Assembly (NCBI GenBank): GCA_963976765.1
Contig: CAXBME010000012.1
Coordinates: forward strand, 1 to 64,000
Direction of reading: 5' to 3'
From: an uncultured Planctomycetaceae bacterium
GTDB lineage: Bacteria; Planctomycetota; Planctomycetia; Planctomycetales; Planctomycetaceae
DNA: 64,000 nt
Shown piece after piece: positions 18,975 through 27,628 of the stretch. A program made the position numbers and the translations under genes. The notes beneath the pieces were generated by a model. The model did not search any database, had not been told where the DNA came from, and was given only the letters and a program-made list of their open reading frames with translations. Each line of letters begins with the position of its first letter. Within the stretch, counting starts at the first letter, position 1.

Positions 18975-19048
18975 TCCCGGACGCAGGTTCTCATTCAAGG
19001 CTCTGCAAACGAGCCACACCCGGATTCGTCAAACAGGGAAACAGAGCA

Positions 19049-20617
19049 GTGTCAGACGACCCGAATGCCCAAAGCAAAATTGATGACTATGTCCTGATTG
19101 CTCCGATCGCCTCGGGGAAGTCGGGAATCGTCTGGGAAGTCATGCATGAGCAGAGCAATCAGATGTTTGCGATGAAGCTGCTCAACCAGAACGCGATGCA
19201 GGATCCGGACGAGAAGAATTTGCTGAAACATGAAGCCAGAATTGGCGCCCTGATGGAGCATCCGAATCTGATTCGGATGCACGGCGTCGTGATCCGGAAG
19301 ACCGAATGCTACCTGCTGATGGACCTGTTCAAGACACCGAACCTGAAATCGTTCATCACCTCAGGTATTGAGATGGTGCATACCAATTTCCGCCAGCTTG
19401 TTGAAGGAGTCTGCGCCGGGTTAGGGCACTTTCACAGTAAGGGTTGGGTTCACCGCGATCTGAAACCCGAAAACATCCTGCTGAACCGCGCTGGCGAAGT
19501 TCGACTGATCGACTTCTCGCTTGCTGTAAAGGCGGCAGGAGGGCTTGGCAAATTGATGGGGGGAGGCAGAGGCCCGATCCGCGGTACCAGAACCTATCTC
19601 GCGCCCGAGACCATTCGAAAAGAAGCGACGACGCCAGCTACTGACATCTACAGTCTCGGCGTTACGTTCTTCGAGTGCCTGACCGGGACGACACCGTTCA
19701 AGGGGGACACTCCGCAGGACCTGCTGCGAAAACATATCGCTTCCGCGCCTCCGTTGCCGTCGATGCGAAACGAAAAAATCACACCGGAGATGGACCGTTT
19801 GATTCTGAAGATGCTGGCCAAAAAGCCAAAGGACCGGCACGAGTCGATGGATGCGCTCTTGAGAGATTTTAATAACTGCCAGGTATTCAAGAAGGACGAA
19901 GAAGAGGAAGAACGCCAGCGAGAAGAAGCCGAGAAACGGGAACGCCAGAAAGCGTCTGGAGCCGACCTCAGCAGCGCGCAGACGGAAGAACTGCGTGAGC
20001 TGATGGGAAGCCGTAGAGACAGTCGCGCGGACGCTCGGATTCAAGCCATGATTAAGTCCAACCCGGCCATGCAGCGCGAATATGAAGCCATTCAACGTGA
20101 GCAGAAAGAGGCGGTGGCGAGACGTGCAGCCGAGCGGGAGCGACGCGCGAATGCCAGCACAAAGGGGCAGGTCACAAAGCCTGAAGAAAAGAAGCCTCCC
20201 AAAAAGAAACCCAAGGCCCCACCTCAGTATCAGCAACCAATGATGCCCGGTTATGGGATGCCGCCTCAGCAGATGCCGTACGGCATGCCTCAGCCTGGAA
20301 TGCCGATGATGCCGCCTGGCTACCCACAACAGCCGATGATGCCACCCCAAGGGTATCCGCAACAACCGATGATGCCGCCTGGTTATCCACAACAGCCCGG
20401 CATGCCACAACCGCAGCAAGGCTATCCACAACAACCGATGCAGCAGCCTGGCATGCCGCCTCAACAACAGCCGGCAGCGACAGGTCAGCCTGCTACTGCC
20501 GCTCAACAGAATCCGTCGCCCGGCCCGCAACCGGCGACTCCAAAGCCCGCTCCGCCTGCTCCCAAAAAAGACGACGATGGTATGGAGTTCATGACGGAGC
20601 TGCCTGATATCGAATAA
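19049..20617 (+). CDS. Cytoplasmic Ser/Thr protein kinase with coiled coil and Pro/Gln-rich tail
   Basis: FAMKLL, HRDLKPEN, IDFS, GTRTYLAPE, DIYSLG. No TM segment. Confidence 0.9.
   Translation: MSDDPNAQSKIDDYVLIAPIASGKSGIVWEVMHEQSNQMFAMKLLNQNAMQDPDEKNLLKHEARIGALMEHPNLIRMHGVVIRKTECYLLMDLFKTPNLKSFITSGIEMVHTNFRQLVEGVCAGLGHFHSKGWVHRDLKPENILLNRAGEVRLIDFSLAVKAAGGLGKLMGGGRGPIRGTRTYLAPETIRKEATTPATDIYSLGVTFFECLTGTTPFKGDTPQDLLRKHIASAPPLPSMRNEKITPEMDRLILKMLAKKPKDRHESMDALLRDFNNCQVFKKDEEEEERQREEAEKRERQKASGADLSSAQTEELRELMGSRRDSRADARIQAMIKSNPAMQREYEAIQREQKEAVARRAAERERRANASTKGQVTKPEEKKPPKKKPKAPPQYQQPMMPGYGMPPQQMPYGMPQPGMPMMPPGYPQQPMMPPQGYPQQPMMPPGYPQQPGMPQPQQGYPQQPMQQPGMPPQQQPAATGQPATAAQQNPSPGPQPATPKPAPPAPKKDDDGMEFMTELPDIE
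20302..20398 (+). repeat. Coding tandem repeat, about 3 copies of PMMPP(Q)GYPQQ
   Basis: CCGATGATGCCGCCTGG(C/T)TA..CACAACAG-like units of 30-33 bp inside the kinase gene. Confidence 0.7.
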
Positions 20618-20783
20618 TCATGCGGCCGCTTGCCTGGACGTCGTCCACCTGGAACTTCACAATCCACCCGTTCGTGAGTGGTGGTTGCACAGTTCACTTT
20701 TCGTTTTGCACAATTCCTCAACTGGGTAGTGACCGCACGTCATTCGAAATACCAGTCGTGGCTGAAATTTAAGAATAATTCTG

Positions 20784-21788
20784 ATGTCCGATTCCAAACC
20801 TCGCCGTAAAAAAATCCCAGTTCCTCCGTTGCCATTCGAGAAGACCATCTTCGGTATGGAGTCTCAACTGGAAGAGCTGGAGGCGCAAACGAACCCGACA
20901 TCGGCAACTCGCGATGCCATTCGCAACATGCGTGTCGAGATCACCAGAATGAAACGCGAGGTGTTCGACAATCTGGACGCCTGGGAGACGGTTAAAGTTG
21001 CCCGGCATCCGGAGCGTCCGCAGGTACTCGACTACATCGAACTGGTGTTCGACGAGTTTGTCGAACTTCACGGCGACAAAGCGTTCGGTGACGATCGTGC
21101 GATCCTGACTGGATTCGGAAAACTTGGTGACGAGAAAGTGATGTTTGTGGGTCAGCACAAAGGCCGTGATCTCGACGAACGGACCAGACACAACTATGGA
21201 ATGGCTCATCCTGAAGGCTACCGGAAGGCCTACAGTAAGATGGAGCTGGCGGCTCGCCACAAGCTGCCCATCATCTGCTTCATCGATACTCCTGGAGCGT
21301 ATCCAGGGGTCGGCGCCGAAGAACGTGGCCAGGCGTGGTTGATCGCGACCAATCTTCGCGACATGGCTCGCCTTAACACACCGATCATCTGCGTCGTCAT
21401 TGGCGAAGGTGGTTCCGGCGGAGCACTTGGAATCGGCATCGGTGATCACATCGCTATTCTTCAGTTTGCCTACTACTCGGTGATTAGCCCTGAAGGCTGC
21501 GCCGGCATTCTTTGGAAGCATGCCAAGCACAGTGACAAGGCGGCCAATGCGCTCCGATTCACGTCACGGGATCTGCTCGAATTCGGAATCGTCGACGAGG
21601 TGATTCCGGAGCCGTTGGGCGGTGCTCATCGCAACCATCGTCAGATGGCAATGAACCTGAAAGGTTCGCTCATTGCGGCTGTCCGTGAGTTGAAACAAAT
21701 CCCGGATGACGAGCTGGTCGAACGTCGCTATCAGAAGTTCCGACGCATGGGCGTCTTCGAAGAACAGCTCGCTGCAGAAGCTGAGTAA
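20784..21788 (+). CDS. accA: Acetyl-CoA carboxylase carboxyltransferase alpha subunit
   Basis: ARHPERP, ELHGD, PEGYRKA, IDTPGAYPG, AEERGQ, GEGGSGGAL, YSVISPEGCA. Confidence 0.97.
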   Translation: MSDSKPRRKKIPVPPLPFEKTIFGMESQLEELEAQTNPTSATRDAIRNMRVEITRMKREVFDNLDAWETVKVARHPERPQVLDYIELVFDEFVELHGDKAFGDDRAILTGFGKLGDEKVMFVGQHKGRDLDERTRHNYGMAHPEGYRKAYSKMELAARHKLPIICFIDTPGAYPGVGAEERGQAWLIATNLRDMARLNTPIICVVIGEGGSGGALGIGIGDHIAILQFAYYSVISPEGCAGILWKHAKHSDKAANALRFTSRDLLEFGIVDEVIPEPLGGAHRNHRQMAMNLKGSLIAAVRELKQIPDDELVERRYQKFRRMGVFEEQLAAEAE

Positions 21789-22031
21789 TCGACGATCGCT
21801 TCGAGATTCGTTTGTGGCGGTGAGCCTGAAGCCTGGATCGCTGAGCATCATCGTGGAGCTTCCGGCGTGCTGATATCTGCTTAACCAGCCACACAGACAA
21901 ACTAGCAGTAACGTCCGATAATGTCTGTTATGTTAAATTGCGGCTGCGGAAAACCCTTTGTTTTCCTGTATTTCCTCGCCGCCCTGTTTCTTGAACTTCG
22001 CAGGGGCGAGCCCTCCCTCGCTTCTGTGAGC

Positions 22032-22649
22032 CTACTGACGAGGAAACTGAAACGATTCGTCAATCGGCAGGCTCAGCTCTGGAACCTCACTGGAATTCAT
22101 GGCCTTCTGAAGTGCTGTGGCCAGCTTTTCCGGCAGCATCGGAGTGGCATGCTGGATAGCCTGATTCGTCACGGCTCCGGTCACAGATTCCCGGATCATC
22201 GCGTGAGTGGACGGTGCCATAACCAGTAGCAGACACGTCACGGCAAGAACCAGAATTGTCCCTTTGATTGCTCCGAGAATTGCTCCCCAGTGACGGTCGT
22301 ATTCGACAAATTTCACCTTCTCCAGCCAGCCACGAATTGTTCGAGCAAGCAGAAATACGACCAGTGAAATAACGGCGTAGACTGCTGCAATCGCCACCCA
22401 GTGTTTCAGTGGTTGAGCGAGTGGGATTTCCTGTTCGAGATGTGGCGTTGCTTCGCCAGCGATCAGCACGCAGGCAGCGATGGAACCAAGCACCGCCAGT
22501 TGCCAGACGGCCCCCTTCGCAGCACCTTTCCAGGCTGCGATAGCGATCACGAGCACAGCACAACCATCCAGCCACATATCGTAAAATTCCACGGAGACAA
22601 ACGAGCCAGAGAAGCTCGGAGGGTAGTTGCGAGAACTGATCGCGTCCAT
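22032..22649 (-). CDS. CvpA (colicin V production) family membrane protein
   Basis: Four TM segments, AWKGAAKG, YDRHWGAILGAIKG. True start may be GTG 22592. Confidence 0.75.
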   Translation of the reverse strand: MDAISSRNYPPSFSGSFVSVEFYDMWLDGCAVLVIAIAAWKGAAKGAVWQLAVLGSIAACVLIAGEATPHLEQEIPLAQPLKHWVAIAAVYAVISLVVFLLARTIRGWLEKVKFVEYDRHWGAILGAIKGTILVLAVTCLLLVMAPSTHAMIRESVTGAVTNQAIQHATPMLPEKLATALQKAMNSSEVPELSLPIDESFQFPRQ

Positions 22650-22693
22650 GCCAGCGTGTCAGCCAGCTTCGCATGTTTGTAAGTGGCTTCGTC

Positions 22694-23143
22694 TTAAAAT
22701 GCCTTGCGACTATCCAGCAGCAACGTGACCGGACCATCGTTGATCAGGCTGACATCCATGTGGGTCTGAAAACGACCAGTTTCAACATGAAGTCCCTGCC
22801 CTCGTACTTCGGCCACAAAGGTCTCGTAAAGCAACTCGGCTTTTTCGGGACGGGCGGCTTCAACAAAACTCGGCCGCCGACCTTTGCGACAATCACCGAA
22901 CAAGGTGAACTGGCTGACGACCAGCATCTCGCCGCCGACATCGTTCAATGCAAGGTTCATCTTACCGGCGTCGTCTTCGAAGACTCGCAGCCCGGCAATT
23001 TTCTCTGCAAGCATGACCGCGTCAGCGTCCACGTCGTCCGTTCCGACACCAAGCAGAACGAGAAAACCTCGTTCGATCTGACCCACGATTTTGCCTTCAA
23101 CCTTCACGTTGGCAGAAGCAACTCTTTGAACAACAGCTCGCAC
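22694..23143 (-). CDS. dtd: D-aminoacyl-tRNA deacylase
   Basis: RAVVQRV, LRVFED..GKMN, VSQFTL, KGRRPSF, NDGPVT. GTG start with AGGAG RBS. Confidence 0.95.
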   Translation of the reverse strand: MRAVVQRVASANVKVEGKIVGQIERGFLVLLGVGTDDVDADAVMLAEKIAGLRVFEDDAGKMNLALNDVGGEMLVVSQFTLFGDCRKGRRPSFVEAARPEKAELLYETFVAEVRGQGLHVETGRFQTHMDVSLINDGPVTLLLDSRKAF

Positions 23144-23199
23144 AAAACTCTCCTGCACGATGATTAACGAAACGTGAGATCAACCTTCAGGACTGATAA

Positions 23200-24063
23200 T
23201 CAGTATCGACCGTGACGACGTTCTTTTCCTGGCAGCACTTCCAGGCACGTTGTCCACCAGCCTTCGAGGATTGTTTTTACAAACTCGTCCGGCAGATGCT
23301 CAGAACGCATCTCAGCGGCGAGACGCTCGTGATCATAGGGAAGGGGGATGAACTCAAGCTGGACGGTGCTGGCAGGAGAGAGGCTGTCTTCAGACTCCCC
23401 TGCTCTGCCAGTGTCGACAATCGCGTACCAGACGTTCGTCGTTCCGTCGTTTTCTGGTCGGCCCAGTACCCCAACGTTTGCGAAGAGTCGACCGTCACTC
23501 AATCGTCGCTGCCAATGAATTCCCGAATGTGTGCCCAGAACAACGTCCGCTTCCGCATCGTTGAAAAGACGTTCCAGGAAATGTGTGCTCGTGGTGGACT
23601 CCCAAAGAAATTCGTTGGTCTTTCGAGGGCTTCCGTGGCACAGCAGGAATCGCACGCCGTCCACTTCGAATCTGATCTCAGAAGGCAGGGCTCGCATCCA
23701 CTGACGATTCTCGATCGATGTGTTGGCGCAGGTGTAGTTGTAGCTGATCTGAGCAAACCAGTTGTCTCGCGGATCGGTGTAGCCGCATTGGCAGTCTTTC
23801 AGATCGTTGCCGATACTGTTGTCGTAATTTCCCTGGACGCACTCAATCTGGTTGTCGCGCAGCAGCGGAAACACTCGATCGGGATAAGGTCCGAAAGCCC
23901 CAAGATCGCCCAGACAATATATCCGCACGGCACCGCGCTGCCGTGCGTCTCTGATAGCCGCTTCGAGTGCCAGATAGTTGTTATAAATTCCGCCAAAGAA
24001 CGCGATCTTCACAATCGCCCACCTTCCTGATCGTTCCGTTCGTCGATACGGAATTCCGGTCAA
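23200..24063 (-). CDS. Calcineurin-like metallophosphoesterase with degenerate first metal motif
   Basis: FFGGIYNNYLAL (DxH replaced), CLGDLGAFGP, QGNYD, CQCGY insert, CHGSP, GTHSG. Alternative GTG start 24012 with AGGAAGG RBS. Confidence 0.8.
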   Translation of the reverse strand: MTGIPYRRTERSGRWAIVKIAFFGGIYNNYLALEAAIRDARQRGAVRIYCLGDLGAFGPYPDRVFPLLRDNQIECVQGNYDNSIGNDLKDCQCGYTDPRDNWFAQISYNYTCANTSIENRQWMRALPSEIRFEVDGVRFLLCHGSPRKTNEFLWESTTSTHFLERLFNDAEADVVLGTHSGIHWQRRLSDGRLFANVGVLGRPENDGTTNVWYAIVDTGRAGESEDSLSPASTVQLEFIPLPYDHERLAAEMRSEHLPDEFVKTILEGWWTTCLEVLPGKERRHGRY

Positions 24064-24965
24064 CTCTCCATTGGACTGGATGCGGCGTTCGTGCAGATCG
24101 CTCCGTACTGGTAGCAGGTGAAGCAGGCACCGTGAGCCAGCGGAAAGTCACGACAGGCTTCGTCCAGCGTTTCTCCCATGATTGCTCCCGGCGAATCAAG
24201 CAGGATCGGGCAGACTGCGATGCCCCGATCCGTAACGACTCGGCTGTGGTTGCAGATGAGTTGCTGTCGATCAAATTCTTCAAGCATCTCGTGAGTCACT
24301 CGGTCGTGCTGACCGTAGCCTTCGGTTCGCTCGGCCTCAGCGCCAATTTTCAGTCGGGGGAGGATCTTCAATCTCGCTCGTCCGTACCCGTGATCGGCCA
24401 GCATTTTGCGAAACTGGCCGACAACATTCTGATCGTCAACTTCGTCCCAGACGCGGGTCATTGTGATGATGGGAAGAAAACCGTGTTCGACTAGCAGAGC
24501 GACTCCCTGCACGGCTTTGTCGAACGTGCCTTCCCCTCGGATCGGATCGTTCGTTACAGAATCCGGGCCGTCGATGGAGACTCGAAATTCAAGACAGTAG
24601 TCGCTTGCGTCTTCGGCTTGTCTTAATCGCTCGATCCATTCCGATTTAAGGAAAGTGGCATTGGTTAAAACAGTGGCCGGCCCGTACTTCAATGTCAGCT
24701 CAAGAATCGGCACCAGTTCCTTGTTCAAAAATGGTTCGCCGCCGGTGAAATAGTATTCGCGAACGCCGTGCCGGACGGAGTCTTCCAGCTGGCTGCGGAC
24801 GGTATCCAGCGACAGGTTCCCGAACTTGTCATTGGTCGGGCTGCAACTGATGAAGCAGTGACTGCATTCCAGATTGCACCGCGTGCCGGCGACCTGAAAC
24901 CACAATTCATCGAGGGATTCCAGACCGATGGTTGGACACTTCGCGGATACCATTTCAGTCGTCAT
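24060..24965 (-). CDS. Radical SAM protein with Cys-rich C-terminal domain (ArsS-like layout)
   Basis: CNLECSHC, FTGGEPF, VLTNA, RVSIDG..ND.IRGEGTF, and C-terminal LICNHSR..AVCPIL..ACFTCYQYGAIC. Confidence 0.88.
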   Translation of the reverse strand: MTTEMVSAKCPTIGLESLDELWFQVAGTRCNLECSHCFISCSPTNDKFGNLSLDTVRSQLEDSVRHGVREYYFTGGEPFLNKELVPILELTLKYGPATVLTNATFLKSEWIERLRQAEDASDYCLEFRVSIDGPDSVTNDPIRGEGTFDKAVQGVALLVEHGFLPIITMTRVWDEVDDQNVVGQFRKMLADHGYGRARLKILPRLKIGAEAERTEGYGQHDRVTHEMLEEFDRQQLICNHSRVVTDRGIAVCPILLDSPGAIMGETLDEACRDFPLAHGACFTCYQYGAICTNAASSPMES

Positions 24966-26179
24966 GCCGCCTCCATCACGATGAGAGCAAACACTGATTG
25001 AATCTGCTCCAGACCGATCCGTAATAGAAACCGGGAATCACGACCGTAACTCTTGGCACCAAGAATGAAGAAGCCCGGTTCTGGGTTTCTCAGTGTGTCC
25101 GATGCTGGAGTGCTTTGTGTCATGCAGTCAGCAGACGATTCTCCCATCAGTGCTGCCGCAAGTTTCATCGGCCCCTGACTGGCGTAGCACTCGTGAATCT
25201 GAAGCTCCTGATAGAGTGATCGATCCGGATGATAACCAACGTTCGCAATGACGTTATCAACCGACAGAACTTTATGGCTTGAACCACCCTGCTCTGCGTT
25301 GTCCTGAATGGTGACCAGTAAGTCGCCGTGATCGCCCAGTTCGATACGCCGAACAGTGGCCGCAGGAAGCCACTTGACCCGCGAATCGGAAGCCGACGCG
25401 AGTTCGTTCACGCGGGCAGTCAGGTCAGCTCTTCCTTGCAGAGTGTCACCGTCAATCGTTGAGAGTGGCGTGTCCGTGGCGTGGCGTGTCAGCCAGAAGA
25501 TCTCTGTAGTACATCCCTGCTTGACCAGTTCTCCAAGCGCGACGATGGACGTTGCCGCCGAAAAGCCACTACCCACGACGAGTGTTCGACGCCCGCTGAA
25601 CCGAGCACGATCTTTTCCGACAATATCGGGCAGGCGATAGTCGATCCGCTCGGAAAGTTGCCGTTCCCCGATGGCTGGAACGCCGCCGTCGCCCAGCCAG
25701 TTGTGACTCCCGAAAGTTCCTGAGCAGTCGAGCACAAAATCGGCTTCGATGATTTCCTCACCGTTTGCTGCGGACTCAATCAGCAACGTGAATGGCGATT
25801 CAAGCCGCGATCGACTGCCGATCGCATCGCCCTTCCAGAGACGTTGTTTTCCGATAGTGATGACTCGAGCGTTCTCTCGGATACAGCCTTTCAGAAGCGA
25901 AAACTGACTGAGAGGCAGCAGGTAATTTTCGAAGAATTCGGTCCCGGTCAGCAGGGCATCGTTGGCGGGCAGGCAGATTTCAGAAAGTGCCCCCCTGCCC
26001 CACTCCGACGAGTTGATTCCGAACGGGCTGAAAAGTCGGACGTGGCCCCACGATCGGACATTCGCGGCGACGGTGCCCTTCTCAAAGATCACAACTTCAA
26101 AGCCTCGCTGCCGCGCGTACAAAGCTGCTTCCAGGCCGATCGGCCCCGCTCCGATGATTGCAATCCGTTTGCCCGGCAT
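24962..26179 (-). CDS. FAD/NAD(P)-dependent oxidoreductase (flavoprotein monooxygenase-like)
   Basis: IIGAGPIG, WGHVRLFSP, DCSGT, LVVGSGFSA, NVGYHPD, NPEPGFFILGAKSYGR. Confidence 0.85.
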   Translation of the reverse strand: MPGKRIAIIGAGPIGLEAALYARQRGFEVVIFEKGTVAANVRSWGHVRLFSPFGINSSEWGRGALSEICLPANDALLTGTEFFENYLLPLSQFSLLKGCIRENARVITIGKQRLWKGDAIGSRSRLESPFTLLIESAANGEEIIEADFVLDCSGTFGSHNWLGDGGVPAIGERQLSERIDYRLPDIVGKDRARFSGRRTLVVGSGFSAATSIVALGELVKQGCTTEIFWLTRHATDTPLSTIDGDTLQGRADLTARVNELASASDSRVKWLPAATVRRIELGDHGDLLVTIQDNAEQGGSSHKVLSVDNVIANVGYHPDRSLYQELQIHECYASQGPMKLAAALMGESSADCMTQSTPASDTLRNPEPGFFILGAKSYGRDSRFLLRIGLEQIQSVFALIVMEAA

Positions 26180-26218
26180 TCCTTCGCTCCGAAACGAAAT
26201 CCAGCATTCAAGAATCTG

Positions 26219-27373
26219 TCACTGCTGTTGCTGCTGATTCTGCACTGCCGCCAGTTTGTGATTCGTCATTGGCGTTAGCTCAGGTTTTGAAACTGCAAGG
26301 CTGTAAGGATTCATCGCAATCGAAGGTTCGTGCCCTAGCAGCATTTGTCGCACAAGAACCGCCGTGCCGGGCGACATCTGCAAACCCGATCGAAAATGTC
26401 CAGCGGCCACAAACAGATTTTCCTGACCAGGCAGTCTGCAGATGAACGGTTCTTCTCGACCAGAAAACGGCCTCAATCCGGACCACGTTCGTTCAATTTC
26501 CGCTGAGGCCAGGGTCGGGACAATCGACACGGCGAATTGAAGCAGACTCTGCACGCCGTCGACTGTGTTCTGCTTGACAAAACCGACTCGTTCTTCTGTT
26601 GATCCGATCAGAATTCGTCCGTCCGCTCGCGGAACGAGATAACGTGAACCGTCCTGAATGACATGCCGAAACGGGCGGGACGGGCACTTCAGCAGAACGA
26701 TCTGTCCTCGCATTGGTTCGACGTTGATTTCCGCACCAGCCTCTTTCGCCAACTGACGAGACCACGCTCCGCTGCAAATCACGAACTGTCCGGCTACGTG
26801 CTCATCTCTTGCCGTGCGGACATGCGTGACCAATCTTCCCGACATTCTCCACCCGCAGACGGGAGCACCTTCCAGAATCTCGACGCCAGCATCAACGCAC
26901 ACTGCCGTCAGCGCCTTGAGATGCCGAGAATTTCGGACCTGACAGAAGTCATCCAGGCGGTAGGCATCTTTAATGTCTGACGAGATCGCTGGCTCGAAGT
27001 GGCGTCGTCGGTCGTCCGTCAAAAACTCAACGCGGTTGCCAGTTGCCACCCAGGCGTCGGCTTCAGGTTTCAGGCTACGGTCAAAAGAGACTTCGATGGC
27101 CCCGCAGTTCTGGTATCCGTTGTCGACTCCTGTCGCGTCGCGGAGCGACTGAGTCCAATCGGGCCAGAGTTCGCAACTGAGCGCTCTCAGTCGCCCTTCC
27201 CCGCTTGTTTCGCCTGAGAGATTGCCGGGCGGCAACATCCCGGCTCCTGCCCACGAAGCTTCCCGGCCAATTGTCGACTGATCAATGACTTTGACAGTCG
27301 CACCGTGGCTGGCGAGTTCCCAGGCGGTCGAGAGTCCAATTACCCCTCCGCCAACAACAATCACATCCGACAT
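26219..27373 (-). CDS. thiO: Glycine oxidase ThiO / D-amino acid oxidase family
   Basis: VIVVGGGVIGLS, EASWAGAGML, PMRGQI, YLVPRADG, WSGLRP, GHFRSGL. Likely start ATG 27373. thiS/thiG are not adjacent, so the symbol is tentative. Confidence 0.7.
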   Translation of the reverse strand: MSDVIVVGGGVIGLSTAWELASHGATVKVIDQSTIGREASWAGAGMLPPGNLSGETSGEGRLRALSCELWPDWTQSLRDATGVDNGYQNCGAIEVSFDRSLKPEADAWVATGNRVEFLTDDRRRHFEPAISSDIKDAYRLDDFCQVRNSRHLKALTAVCVDAGVEILEGAPVCGWRMSGRLVTHVRTARDEHVAGQFVICSGAWSRQLAKEAGAEINVEPMRGQIVLLKCPSRPFRHVIQDGSRYLVPRADGRILIGSTEERVGFVKQNTVDGVQSLLQFAVSIVPTLASAEIERTWSGLRPFSGREEPFICRLPGQENLFVAAGHFRSGLQMSPGTAVLVRQMLLGHEPSIAMNPYSLAVSKPELTPMTNHKLAAVQNQQQQQ

Positions 27374-27628
27374 GCGTTCTGAACTTTCCGTGCGTCGTAC
27401 GTTCTGAGCCTTCGCGAGAATTCGATTGCCTGACCTGTCCGACTGGCACTCGTTTAGGTGCCGAACTGCGAGGCGGCTGGCAGAGTATAGGAACCGTTCG
27501 GAGCGTGTCACAGCGCTCGCCACTCGGTGCCCGTCGTATCAAAAGAAAACGACGAAGGTCATTTGAACTTCGCCGTTTTCTGAATATCAAATTCGCCGAC
27601 TCGATTCCGAGCAGACTCCCCTGCCCTG

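Noticed and set aside
20221..20470. Direct repeats of about 30 bp suggesting a CRISPR array
   Set aside because: In-frame coding repeats varying at synonymous sites, with no unique spacers and no cas genes.
19421..20530. 369-aa minus-strand ORF
   Set aside because: Antisense shadow of the kinase and its low-complexity repeat, with no protein-like motifs.
20769..21530. 253-aa minus-strand ORF
   Set aside because: Antisense to accA, which is unambiguous.
23200..26179. Selenocysteine recoding in the radical SAM operon
   Set aside because: No in-frame TGA interrupts a conserved domain, and the proteins look complete.
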